A DNA stretch of 64,000 nucleotides, from the NCBI GenBank assembly GCA_963793265.1, contig CAWBZI010000002.1:544001-608000 (forward strand), given 5' to 3'. Both the position numbers and the translations under genes were made by a program. The notes below the pieces were generated by a model. That model did not search any database. It was not told where the DNA came from and saw only the letters and a program-made list of their open reading frames with translations. Positions 51,919-62,845 of this stretch are shown piece by piece (position 1 is the stretch's first letter; each line of letters starts with the position of its first letter). Source of the stretch: an uncultured cyanobacterium. Lineage in GTDB: Bacteria; Cyanobacteriota; Cyanobacteriia; Phormidesmidales; Phormidesmidaceae.

Positions 51919-52461
51919 TTAAGGGATAGGTACGTAATTGGGTGCGTCGCAAGTGTCTCCCTCAGCAGTCACCATACTACCAAGTGGTGTTGTGATGACA
52001 ACACAACGTTTGGGAAGGTTGGTGCCGTCCAAACTTGTAAAAATTACTAGCGGAAGCTGTCCAGCTTCATCGACCTTACCATCGTGAGTAAAAACAAATT
52101 CATTAACACTGACAGGGGTCGCAGGAGTGCTATCTATAGCCTCTACCTTGAGCTTGCTACGAATTTGACTATCACCGAGTTCTGTTTGAATACCTGAAAA
52201 GGTTGCTGCATTCGGCCCCGTAGTAATGGAAGCAGCTCCAATTGTAGAGTTTATCTCGACCTTGTAGTTTTTGTTAGTTCTTCGAGCATCTGATTGAGCT
52301 GTTTGAAGCACTTGCAATATTTCGTCTCGTACCGCGTTAGCGCGTTGACGATTTATAAAAGTCAACCATCCAGGGGCGGCGATAGAAGCTAAAACGCCTA
52401 CTATTACCACTACAACCAGAACTTCAATTAAAGTAAATCCACCTGTTGAAGTTTTCTTCAT
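51919..52461 (-). CDS. Type IV minor pilin/pseudopilin (HpsD/FimT-like)
   Basis: GG|FTLIEVL; C-terminal KRCVVITTPLG. Confidence 0.9.
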   Translation of the reverse strand: MKKTSTGGFTLIEVLVVVVIVGVLASIAAPGWLTFINRQRANAVRDEILQVLQTAQSDARRTNKNYKVEINSTIGAASITTGPNAATFSGIQTELGDSQIRSKLKVEAIDSTPATPVSVNEFVFTHDGKVDEAGQLPLVIFTSLDGTNLPKRCVVITTPLGSMVTAEGDTCDAPNYVPIP

Positions 52462-52495
52462 ATACTTGAATGATGCCCAGAGAAACGACAGAAAA

Positions 52496-53449
52496 TTAGT
52501 CAGCAGGATTTTTGTTGATTATGCCGCGAATGAGGACTTGAGTTTGTAGTCTTGGGGAACGGCTAGCATCGCTAGCGGGGCTTGTCGATGTCGAACGACC
52601 AGACGTGTCCCCCTTCAAAAATAGAAATACATCCTGATTATCTACGCCCACTCCACCGGGTAAGCTTGGATCGCTTATACAAGCAAAGAAGCTACTATCC
52701 GCTGTTACGTTGGATGGCGAACGTACATATCCGGCAGAGCCCGTGAAATTTTGACAGTTTAGGGCATTGGTACTGTCTATATCTACCTCACCAATATAGT
52801 CAACTAATACAGTAGAGGTATCAGGTGGCTTGGTTGATCCATTTTTAGTCCAGGAACCAAAGTCGCCACCTGGTTCCTCGTAACCTACAGTCTTTGTTAG
52901 CGTCGAAACATCTGAATATTGTTTCATTTCAAAACGGCTGATTCGAGACTGACCCTCCCATGGATCAGTTGCCCCGGAAATCTGTGAGTAAACAACTAAA
53001 TCGTAAGAGGCTCTACGGATTTTTAAGATGTCACACTCTGCCTCATCATCATCATCAGAGAACTCGCTAGCGCAGGTGTTCGGAATCTCGCTGTTGATAT
53101 CAATAGGTCTAACCTTCCAGAAAGCTAGAACAGGTATGTGAGCACTTTGTAGTTCAACACCCGTAGCTCCTGTTACATCAGATGGATCTGGATAAACGTA
53201 AACGGCCTCTCGTAAGTCATCCGCTATGTAGTTCATAGCTCTCTGAGTATCTCTTTGCACTTCTTCTAACGCAATCTCGCGGTTATCTACTCTGAGAAGT
53301 TCTATGACTAAGAAAAGTAGACCAGAAACTACTAAGCCAGAAATTACAACAGCAATCAGAAGTTCCATCAAGGTGAAACCTTTATCGACTGGCTTTCTAT
53401 GTATTAGAAATAAGAAGTATCGCCACGATCGTGGAACCGTTTTAGACAT
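52496..53449 (-). CDS. hpsC: PilW-like pseudopilin (HpsC-like)
   Basis: KG|FTLMELL, AMNYIADDLREAVYVY, PVLAFWK; position in the hps cluster. Confidence 0.75.
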   Translation of the reverse strand: MSKTVPRSWRYFLFLIHRKPVDKGFTLMELLIAVVISGLVVSGLLFLVIELLRVDNREIALEEVQRDTQRAMNYIADDLREAVYVYPDPSDVTGATGVELQSAHIPVLAFWKVRPIDINSEIPNTCASEFSDDDDEAECDILKIRRASYDLVVYSQISGATDPWEGQSRISRFEMKQYSDVSTLTKTVGYEEPGGDFGSWTKNGSTKPPDTSTVLVDYIGEVDIDSTNALNCQNFTGSAGYVRSPSNVTADSSFFACISDPSLPGGVGVDNQDVFLFLKGDTSGRSTSTSPASDASRSPRLQTQVLIRGIINKNPAD

Positions 53450-53517
53450 TTTTTAGTGAATTTATAAATTTAGAGAGGAAGAGAATCAGCAAAATGTAGA
53501 TAAGCGCAAACAATTAT

Positions 53518-54219
53518 CTATGGGGACGTACAAGATCCAGGAGTGGTAGCACTGTCGTCATCCATATAAAGATAATAACCACACAAAGACTCTTTTCTGT
53601 CACTTTTGACAATGGTTGTATACACCACAGAGAGAGGGCGATTTGTACCTTGGCCTTCTCCGCTCGTCATCGTCAGGCTAGCCTGACGAGAATCTGAATC
53701 AGCACCAACAGCACTAACTCTATAGACTCGAACACCTAGCTCAAACGCAACTGGCTGTCCGCCTGCACCATCAATAGTGCCGCTGTCGAGATTGGTGCGG
53801 AAGATTTGAACGGCAAAGTCATCGTCGCCATCGCTATCAATATCAATGCCTCTTGCGTGGTTCGGTGCCACAGTATCAGAGACGCTATCTGGGGGATCAA
53901 CGTCTTCCATTGTCTCAGAGGCAGCTAAGGCAATAGGGGCAACGTCATTCAGATCATAGTCTCCTCCCTTTTCGATTCTTAAGCGTATTTTATCTACTTC
54001 AGACTGAGCAATATGAGTAGCCTGTTCCGCTCTTTGATTCTGTACGCGGGTTGCCACCGATAGAACTGTTACAGGTGCAATAACACCTAGACTAGCTGCG
54101 ATGACAGCGATCGCCACTAGGCATTCAATAAGAGTCAAGCCTTTGCTTTTTTCTAGCTCTGTTTGTTCTATAACAACTAACCTTTTGAAAAAGTACTGAG
54201 AGAGAGAGTTTAGTTTCAC
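53518..54219 (-). CDS. hpsB: PilV-like pseudopilin (HpsB-like)
   Basis: KG|LTLIECL, SVATRVQ, LGVRVYR; directly after hpsA. Confidence 0.75.
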   Translation of the reverse strand: MKLNSLSQYFFKRLVVIEQTELEKSKGLTLIECLVAIAVIAASLGVIAPVTVLSVATRVQNQRAEQATHIAQSEVDKIRLRIEKGGDYDLNDVAPIALAASETMEDVDPPDSVSDTVAPNHARGIDIDSDGDDDFAVQIFRTNLDSGTIDGAGGQPVAFELGVRVYRVSAVGADSDSRQASLTMTSGEGQGTNRPLSVVYTTIVKSDRKESLCGYYLYMDDDSATTPGSCTSP

Positions 54220-54253
54220 TTATAACAACCTCTTGAGAATGAGAAGAAAAACA

Positions 54254-57200
54254 TCAACAGTCAAAGTCCACCTCTGTTGTGCTGCATAAGTTAGCAATGT
54301 ATTCATCGTCTACGGCCAATTCTCTAAAGTACTCGCTACGAGGTCTAGCCACCTTCACAAATCGCTGAGCAATAGGTCCAGCAGGCGAGTATTGAAAGGC
54401 AACATCGTAGCCCCAAATACGTTTAGCAGCACCGTAATAGTAGTTACTTTGAACCTGGTTGCCGGTAACTACACCATCACTAATGAAATCAAGTACTCCG
54501 CTAGCGTTTGTCTTATTTGAATGCGGTTGTGCTCCAGGCTCCCATGCATCCTGATCAAAAGGCGCTACAGCTTGAGAACTAAAGTTAAGTTGAAAGAAAC
54601 CACCTGAGATAATTAGCGGTCTACTCGAGTCAACGCCGGGTCTACCTGCCCAGAACTCTAATAGTCTAGGGAAGTTATGGAGGCCACCATAGGTTTGTCC
54701 TGGCCTAGATGGAACGATTCCGCCTACTAAGAGTGCGTTTACTCTAACTATGTCGGTTTCGTTTGGTCTGTTCTGCTGGGATTGTCTATTTTTATAGTAT
54801 GGATTAGTATAAGGAGCCCTATAAAAAGATAGGTATCTACCTCCTGATTCTTTTGGAAATACCTCAAAAGAGCCTGGATGAACCAGCAGGCGTATTGGAC
54901 GATGTATTGTATGATCTTCGATTGTCGCTTCGCTTATAGACTTTTCCGTTCCTATCAACGCTAACGGGAGTAGTGACTTCATAAGCCACAGTAGAAGAAT
55001 CAGACGCCGGGTTAGAAGCTTCGCGTCGCCAGATAGAACGATTATGCTCAACGCCTGCAGAGCTGCCTAAATCGAATTTTCCCCAAGGATGGTTCCAATT
55101 CAGATAGGAAGAAATTTTAGAAGGTTCTCCCTCTTTCGGAGTGTTAGGGGCCACAGTAGAAAATCCATCTTCTATCCAACCATCTGTAAAAAAGTCTGAC
55201 AAAATAGTTATGCCATCGGCAAATATTTCTACCGGACGCCAGTTATCTTGCAAAGGATCTGCAAATCTGTCGTCTAACTTGTCGCGTCCATAGAATAATT
55301 TTCTCGCGTTCTGTTCTTCTGTCTCAGGAAAATTAGCAAATGTTGTTGACAATAAATTACTTTGGCCAGAAACGATACTACTGGTTCCTTTGAATTCCTC
55401 GATAAGGTGTTCTTCTAAAGTTCCTCCTGCAGTTTTATCGGCATGTAAGTTAAAGTCGCCTTTTATATAAACTGTATTGTCAGTAACAAATGTCATTCCA
55501 GCAATAGCGGCTGGTTCGACAGAAGCTGGTCTATTCAAAGATTCACCGTTGATGAAACGAAAGCCGTTAGGACGACGATCTGGATCTGCATACATATCTA
55601 CAGGCTTCGGACTTATTCCAGTGCTGCTATTAAGCGGTGGATCTTGTGGATATCTTGAGTCAGTCGGGTCTACTGACATATAACACTTGTCATTCGTGGT
55701 TAACTCATCAAAGTCTTTACAGAGCGACCAATCTCCATCATTAGGTCGCACGATTGAGTCTTCTCGTACTGCATCTTCTCTAAAGGCATAAACAATTCCA
55801 CTATCAGCAGGAATCCAGGCTTTGTTGTTAGGTGCTGCTCCTACTGTACCATTAGTCGCGCTAGTGTCAGTTAATAGGTCAATATCAAGATCTAGTACGC
55901 GAACACTAAGCAACTCACGACCATCCATCATGGCCTTATCCAGCATAGACAACCTGTAATACTTGTAATCTAATCCTTCCTTTACTCGAATGACATTCCG
56001 GGTTAAATTCCTAGCTGTCAGTGTTGGACGACCGCTATTGGTAGTTGCTCCGCTCTCAGTATATTTGTAATCATTGGGATCGGGAGATCCACCAAACTCA
56101 GGGGCGGCGACTTCAGAGAACTCGAATGGAGTTGAAGAACTCGGAGCCGAATCTGGTGTGACAGAAGCTCTAGGTAGTTTCCAATCGGAAGGTTGACGAA
56201 TCGTTAACGCAATCGCAGATGGTTCTAAAGCCTCGTAAAGGGATGAGCCACTACCGTTAGCAGTATCAATGTAATCATTTACTCCTACATCGAATAACTC
56301 CTCCAATGGCGGCTGAGTAGAAGTTCCTGAACCTCTCTGACTATGAGAAACCTCCGGGAAAATGTAAAATAAAGATGGATATCTAGAGATCTCGTTTGTA
56401 GCCTTTTCACAGAAGATTGCTCCCAGTATGTTTCGATTGGCAGGCCCACCGAAGACAGGACCAAATTCTGAAGTTGGGTTACAAACAGAGCTAGATAAAT
56501 CTGAGTCCTTTATGAAGCCAAATTGTCTGTCCCTCATTATCTGACGATACAGAAAAAGATTTCTCTTCTCAATATCCGAGAGCCTCAATCCGACAGGCAA
56601 TAGTGAATTAATAAAGTCGATACGTTTCCTTATTGTTTCTTTTGCTGCAATATCAGATGAAGTTTTTCCGTTGACTGTCATCGCGAGTGAGATTGCATTA
56701 ATTTTATTCTTAAGAATTTCTCTTGCTTCTTTCTTAACACTGTCTAAGTTATAAGCCAACATTCCTAGAGTACAGGCTGCTGTATCAATAGTTGATTTAT
56801 CGGCTGGACTCAGCGTGTCGTAGTTTGTAGCGGATATATCGATAATGCGGCGCAGCACTGAGAAGTCACCCCACATTGACATATAAGGATATGGGTGAAT
56901 GAAGTCGTCTTGAATGGCAGGAAAAGACGGGGCTCCTCCGTTCGGATCTCCTGCGAAGTATGCCAAGTTCTTGAGTGCTTTAGACCAAGCGCCCGATATG
57001 GTAGGGCCGAAGCTAGCACTAGGTGGTGCAAATTCTACACCATTCGTTCCGCGACCTGTCAGAAAATTAGTTTCCCACAGGCGCTGGCCTGAACTATTAA
57101 CGTAAGAATATTGCTCGAATGTTCGACTATCTTCTAATGTCTCTTGAGTACCAGGGTGTGAAGTAGCAGCAACACAGGCTAAAGGGTATCCACCGGCTGC

Positions 57201-59078
57201 TGAATCAGCAGAATGGTAAACTACCAGTCCTTGAACAGCAGCAAGATTATCTCTTAAGGAACGCATTTGAAGTGTCTCTGCTGCACCTTTCTGTAGATTA
57301 TCTGTACCGGGCTTAAAGTATCCACTAAAGTTGTTAGAAGACCTCCTCGCGACGGGAAGCTCGAAGTCAGTGTCACTTGGAGGATACAAAGGATCATCAC
57401 TTTCCTTCCAGCCAAAATAGTCGCCTAGTTCAAGCCTTTGGCCTACAACTATGCGTAAGCCATTAGCAATAGCGCTTCTTTCCCAATAGCCATCTAATCC
57501 ATAGCCAGTATCAGCGCTTGCAGAGTTACTAATGAGAACATCTCTACCAACTATTGCATCTCCAGACTTATGCGTAACAGTGAGAGGCGCTCCATCTTCT
57601 TTCTTAAGACCTTCATCGTCGTTATATTTGGGTTTAGGCCCGTAGCGATTATCAGCGCGGTAGCCATCGTCCAAAAAAGGACGGGCTGAGCCGTTATCAT
57701 CATTTTCGATTCGTAAGGGATGACTACTATCATCTTCCCAAACAGCATTATCTCTTTTCCAAGAACCAGAGGGTGCGGGAGCTACATTATGGATAAACTC
57801 ATCTTCTGTAAATATGCGGACAGGATCTTGAGCTATGTCCGAAGGGCTAATTGCATTAGTTGGGTCTACGGAGTCTGATGAGGCTATAAGCGCACCTCCA
57901 CCATCTTCAAATAGGGGAGCATCTTTAGCTGTGACATCCGTATGAAAGACTGAGCCATCAGAAGTATGGAAAGGACTGTCACCAGCCTTTTTGCCAGTGA
58001 CACCTGCAACAGCTTGCCCGAGGAAGTTTGCATCCCCATTATCATTCTCCACTAGGCCGCTAATCTCAATAACAGATGCCTGTGGGTCATATACACATGA
58101 TTCAGGCGAGCTTACCATGTAAGCATTGAAGCCCTTACCCGTCAACAAGCTGCCTTCTGTATGCATCGCACCATTCCATCGAAGGGGCTCACCGGGTGAA
58201 ATCTCCATATCATAGCGAAACCAAGCTCCCCACAGATTGCCTCTAGGCGATGTACGTACTTGCTGGTATTCAGAAGCACTTACTGTCTTAGAAGAACCTG
58301 TACCTTTTACCGCAACAACATTGACTTGAATATTCTTTGCTAGATTTTGCCCACCAGCAAGTTGCCATCCGGTACCAGACACACCTTCTACCGGACAGTT
58401 CTCTGATGGCGTTTGGGTATCAATCGGTCCATTGCGAACTATGAATCTATCTGCCTTCTCTTCATCAGATGATTTAGAAATAGTGAAATCATCGCTATCA
58501 TCGCTATCAGTTCCATTGTTGTCAGAGTCATCTAACACAATCGAATAGATGATTTGTGTTCCATCCGGTGCTTGAAAAGACCAAACGTTATCTACTGTAG
58601 AGGCATCACCATCTGTATCGTTCAGACGTATTTCACCACCCCGCTCATCTGAGGTAAAAGTGTACGGGTCAGTTAAAGGAGTATCAGCTTTGAGAAGAAG
58701 TGCATCAAGTAGATTGCTACTAGAGGGCGGACGTTTATCTGCGACACTGGCATCCTGAGTAAATAGAAATTCTATTTTCGCTTTAGCTCTGTCTATAGCG
58801 GGGGCAGCTAAGCTATCTATAACTTGTTGATTGCGGTATGCGATGGTTTGTTCTGTACGAGAAAAGGTGCGAAAGCTGATAGCACCAACTGTTAATGTCA
58901 CCATCAGTAACAGTAGTACAGTGGTGGGTAGCACGAAACCGGCCTGGCCTGCGTGAGTTGGTTTGTTGATAAGAAAAAGACTTCTTAGAAGGCTGCTCAT
59001 GAAGCGGCTGCTTAGTCGCCGGAAGTCTGAGCGGGGGTTTCGAGGTTTTCTGGGGCGAGTCTGCTTGTCGGCGGACAT
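54254..59078 (-). pseudogene. hpsA: HpsA-like giant PilX-type protein with one frameshift near 54866-54869
   Basis: AG|FVLPT N-terminus, GLDGYWER, GLRIVVGQRLELG; continues in a second frame as GGIVPSRPGQTYGGLHNFPRLLE...WGYDV. Confidence 0.85.
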
Positions 59079-59112
59079 GGCTGGCTTCCTAACTGAATGA
59101 TGCTATTTGCCC

Positions 59113-59121
59113 AGATTACCC
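59113..59121 (-). promoter_or_regulatory. Putative SigF/SigJ-type promoter element for hpsA
   Basis: Minus strand GGGTAATCT about 35 bp upstream of the ATG. Confidence 0.5.
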
Positions 59122-59230
59122 AATGCCGTTGGGCAAAATAATCCGTAGGTTCACTCATCTAGAAAGCTGGAAAATATAGGGTTTTCGGCTTATCAGTACG
59201 ATATTGCTCATTTGGGAGGAAAGGTATAAA

Positions 59231-59264
59231 AATAAGCCCTCTGTGATATTACAGAGGGCTTATT
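59231..59264 (-). terminator. Intrinsic terminator after rpmB
   Basis: AATAAGCCCTCTGT-N6-ACAGAGGGCTTATT ending in a T run on the minus strand. Confidence 0.85.
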
Positions 59265-59300
59265 AGTAGATAGAGATTAAAGGGTTTGATGCCTTGTTTT

Positions 59301-59537
59301 CTAATACTTGTTGAGGTCGATGCCTGCGTCGCGGGCCATGGCTTCGAGTCCTTTTTTCTCAAGCGTTTTCAGGGCTTTTGTGGAGACGCGGAGCTTGACA
59401 AAGCGTTTGCCTTGGGGCCACCAGATGCGCTTGTCTTGAAGGTTGGCTTCTTGGAGGCGCTTGGTGCGGCGGTGGGAGTGGGAGACGGAAAAGGCGTTGT
59501 TGGCCTTTTTACCGGTGAGGTCACAGACTTTGGACAT
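59301..59537 (-). CDS. rpmB: 50S ribosomal protein L28
   Basis: [34 protein letters not shown]. Confidence 0.98.
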   Translation of the reverse strand: MSKVCDLTGKKANNAFSVSHSHRRTKRLQEANLQDKRIWWPQGKRFVKLRVSTKALKTLEKKGLEAMARDAGIDLNKY

Positions 59538-59613
59538 GGTACTTTACGCTAACAGGATTACTTATTATAGACAGCTATGGTCAGAAGGACAAAAAACGGT
59601 TAAATCAATCTGC

Positions 59614-61596
59614 TTATCGCTCAGTTAGCTGGGTGAGTAAGCTGGTAGAGCGTTCGGTGAAGGCTTTCATACCATCGGCGTCGAAGCCTTTTTGGGCCAT
59701 TAGCGCTAAATCGTATACCTGCTCGCAAATTAAGGAGGCTAGCTGTTCGGACGGGGAGGCGTTGCCATCGGGTTGAACGATAGCACCCTGGCCGAGCTTA
59801 GCGACGTTTTGAATAAGCGGGTGAGCGGTGTTCACTAGCAGCGTGTGTGAGTCAGGGAACTGGACGCCCTGCTGCTGAAGGAAGGCGCTCATTTCTTGCA
59901 TTCGACGAAGTTCTTCAGGGACGAGTACCATGGCGGGCGGGGCCGACTGGTCTGCGGACTTGAGGGCTTCTGTACGGATGGTGATTTGTGGGCGGTTCAG
60001 GGCTTTTGTGAATACGTCCTTAATTTGTTCGCTGCGAGTTTTGTTCGTCGTGGCATCTACGATTTCTGCTTCTTTGTCACTGTCAATCAGCGTGTCGTCA
60101 AGATCAGAGTCTACTCGGGAGAATTTTACGTCTGAGTATTCTTGCTCTAGGAAGGAGACAAAGTGGGTGTCGATGAAGGAGTCCATGAAGAGGACTTCGA
60201 GGCCCTGGTTTTTGAGCAGGCTGATGTAGGTGGCCTGGGAAACTTCGTCAGTGGCGTAGTAGATGCGGTTTTCGTGCTTTTCTTTATTGCGCTCTAGATA
60301 TTCTTTGATGGTGGTGTAAGAATTACCATCAGCGTCAGTAGCAGCAGCCGTCTCGTTCACGTCTGCCCAAGCGTCGCCTTCCGTTTCACCATCGACCTCA
60401 ACTTCGACTTTAGGTTTGTCGCTTCCCGCCAAGTCAGCAGTTGTGCGGAAGATTACATAGTCTTGTACCTGCTTTTTGAACTTGTCGTCGTTGAGTGAGC
60501 CAAATTTGGCAAAGGTGCCGAGGTCTTGCCAGATGCGGACGTATTCGGATAGGTCGTCGCGGTAGAGTTCTTTGAGGCGATCGCCCACCTTCTTCGCAAC
60601 ATAATCCGCAATTCGCCGTACCGTCCGATCCGCCTGCAAAAAGCTACGAGACACGTTCAACGGAATATCGGTACTGTCAATCACACCGCGCAAAGGCGTG
60701 AGGAACTTAGGAATAATTTCTTCGCAGTTGTCGCTAACAAATACCTGATTGCAGAACAGCTTAATCTGTCCCTTATTCAGCTCTACATCGGGCTTGAGCT
60801 TAGGGAAGTAGAGGATGCCATTGACTACGAAAGGATAGTCAGTGTTGAGGTGTACCCATAGCAAAGGCTCTTCTTCATACGGATAGAGGTAGCGGTAAAG
60901 ATTGAGGTAGTCTTCGTCAGTGAGTTCACTCGGAGACTTTTTCCAAAGCGCTTCTTGCTTGTTGATTGCCTCATCGCCCATTTTGATCGGGACGGGCATG
61001 AAGTCGCAGTAGGTTTTGACGAGCTGCTTGATGCGAGCTTCTTCTAGATACTCAGCTTCGTCGTCGTTGAGGTGGAGGGTGATAGTGGTGCCGCGTGTGG
61101 TGCGATCGCTCTCACTAATTTCAAAAGACGTGCTGCCATCACAAGACCAGTGCACAGGCTGAGCATCTTCGCGCCAGGAAAGCGTATCGATGTCAACGCG
61201 GTCGGCCACCATAAACGAAGAGTAAAAGCCTAAGCCAAAGTGACCAATAATCTGCTGGTCGTCGTTGTCTTTGTACTTATTGATAAACTCCTCTGCGCTA
61301 GAGAAGGCCACCTGATTAATATATTTTTTAATTTCATCAGCCGTCATGCCGATGCCGGTATCGCTGATGCTGAGCGTCTTCGCTTCTTTATCGATAGCGA
61401 TAGTGATTTCTGCATCAGTTTCGCCCTTGTACTCGCCTGAGCGAGAGAGCATACTTAGCTTGCTAATCGCATCAACGCCGTTGGAGATTAGCTCGCGAAT
61501 AAAAATTTCATGGTCGGAATACAGCCATTTTTTAATAATGGGGAAGATATTCTCGGTATGGATGCTGATGTTGCCCTGTTCTAAAACAGTTGTCAT
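59614..61596 (-). CDS. htpG: Chaperone HtpG (Hsp90)
   Basis: FIRELISN, DTGIGMT, IGHFGLGFYSSF, IPLNVSRS. Confidence 0.98.
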   Translation of the reverse strand: MTTVLEQGNISIHTENIFPIIKKWLYSDHEIFIRELISNGVDAISKLSMLSRSGEYKGETDAEITIAIDKEAKTLSISDTGIGMTADEIKKYINQVAFSSAEEFINKYKDNDDQQIIGHFGLGFYSSFMVADRVDIDTLSWREDAQPVHWSCDGSTSFEISESDRTTRGTTITLHLNDDEAEYLEEARIKQLVKTYCDFMPVPIKMGDEAINKQEALWKKSPSELTDEDYLNLYRYLYPYEEEPLLWVHLNTDYPFVVNGILYFPKLKPDVELNKGQIKLFCNQVFVSDNCEEIIPKFLTPLRGVIDSTDIPLNVSRSFLQADRTVRRIADYVAKKVGDRLKELYRDDLSEYVRIWQDLGTFAKFGSLNDDKFKKQVQDYVIFRTTADLAGSDKPKVEVEVDGETEGDAWADVNETAAATDADGNSYTTIKEYLERNKEKHENRIYYATDEVSQATYISLLKNQGLEVLFMDSFIDTHFVSFLEQEYSDVKFSRVDSDLDDTLIDSDKEAEIVDATTNKTRSEQIKDVFTKALNRPQITIRTEALKSADQSAPPAMVLVPEELRRMQEMSAFLQQQGVQFPDSHTLLVNTAHPLIQNVAKLGQGAIVQPDGNASPSEQLASLICEQVYDLALMAQKGFDADGMKAFTERSTSLLTQLTER

Positions 61597-61680
61597 ACTG
61601 GCGTCGGCTCCTATTCATATAGACGTATGAAGCCTATTGTTAGGAGTTTTAGACGCGGGTGCAATGGGGAATAACCGAAT

Positions 61681-62754
61681 CTAAGCGATCGGCTGAGCCG
61701 TATGCTGGTGGACAAGGGCGTCTAGAGCGGCCATGTGCGACCAGCTTTGTTGAGCAAGATCAGTGAAGCGATCAAAGTCGTATATATTGCGAATATTTTT
61801 GGTGCCTTGAGTAGCAAGCTGAATGGCGAGGTTGAGAGTGGCGAGTTTGGTGGTGGGTGTGATCGCTCTTTCAGCATCAATAGATTTGAGCAAAGTATGC
61901 GTTTTCCCTTGACCGCCATAGGAAATGAAAGGTACGCCCATTGCCAAAGCAGAAAGGCCCAAGTGCAGCTTTTGAGAAACCAATACGTCTAGCGAGCCTA
62001 AGAAAGCGAGGGTTTCAACGGGATCTGAGTAGGTGTGGCTGTGGAGATGCGTTTGGTTTGGGCGAGGCATCATTTCGTAGTCAACCGGGTACTGTGCCAG
62101 GTGAGAGCGAATTAGGTGGATTTCTACCGTTTGTGGGTTTAGTTTGGATAGCAGCGCGAGGGTTGAGACAAAGGCGCGGTGCTTGCGAGTATCAGCAAGG
62201 TTGATGCCGATTTTGATTGTGCCTGGTGTTTTTTCAGGCTTCTCTAGTTTCCAATAGTTAGGGGCTGACCAAAGCACGTCAGGATAGCAAACGGCTTCTT
62301 TGCCTAAGTGGTTCATTAGGGCAATGTCAGACTGATTGCGGACGGCTGTCTTTTGGCAGGTCGGGCTGCTGAATAGGCTGTGACGGCCTTTCGGCAATGG
62401 CGTTTTCTCGCCTCGTCCGTCGCCGCCTACCGATAGCGGATAAACAAAGCAGTTGTATTTTTGAGTTGCCAGTGCAAAGGCTTCGTAGCCGTCTTCTATT
62501 TCTTGGTCTAACGCGCTGAGTTTGCTTTTACCTGTTAGGAGTCCGCCGCCGCCAACAATGCAGAATTCAGCGTTAGATAGCAGAGTATCTAAGGATTCAG
62601 TTGTCTTGACACCGTAGGTTTTAGCGAAGGTAGGGTCTAAGCGGTAAACGATAGGATCCGCACCGAGCTGTTTGAGGCGGTGGGCAAACATAACGCCCAT
62701 GAGGTCGTCGCCATAGTTGCCGTAATTGTAGGAGCCGAAGATTGCGACTTTCAT
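61681..62754 (-). CDS. Polysaccharide pyruvyl transferase family protein
   Basis: MKVAIFGSYNYGNYGDDLM, VGGGGL, KLHLGL; ATG at 62754. Confidence 0.85.
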   Translation of the reverse strand: MKVAIFGSYNYGNYGDDLMGVMFAHRLKQLGADPIVYRLDPTFAKTYGVKTTESLDTLLSNAEFCIVGGGGLLTGKSKLSALDQEIEDGYEAFALATQKYNCFVYPLSVGGDGRGEKTPLPKGRHSLFSSPTCQKTAVRNQSDIALMNHLGKEAVCYPDVLWSAPNYWKLEKPEKTPGTIKIGINLADTRKHRAFVSTLALLSKLNPQTVEIHLIRSHLAQYPVDYEMMPRPNQTHLHSHTYSDPVETLAFLGSLDVLVSQKLHLGLSALAMGVPFISYGGQGKTHTLLKSIDAERAITPTTKLATLNLAIQLATQGTKNIRNIYDFDRFTDLAQQSWSHMAALDALVHQHTAQPIA

Positions 62755-62845
62755 TGGGTTTTGTGGGGTTAGAGGAAGAAGATGAGGGTTTGGGCGAGGG
62801 GCGACGGGATGGGTTCGGTAGCTCGCGCCCGGAACCCACCCCACC

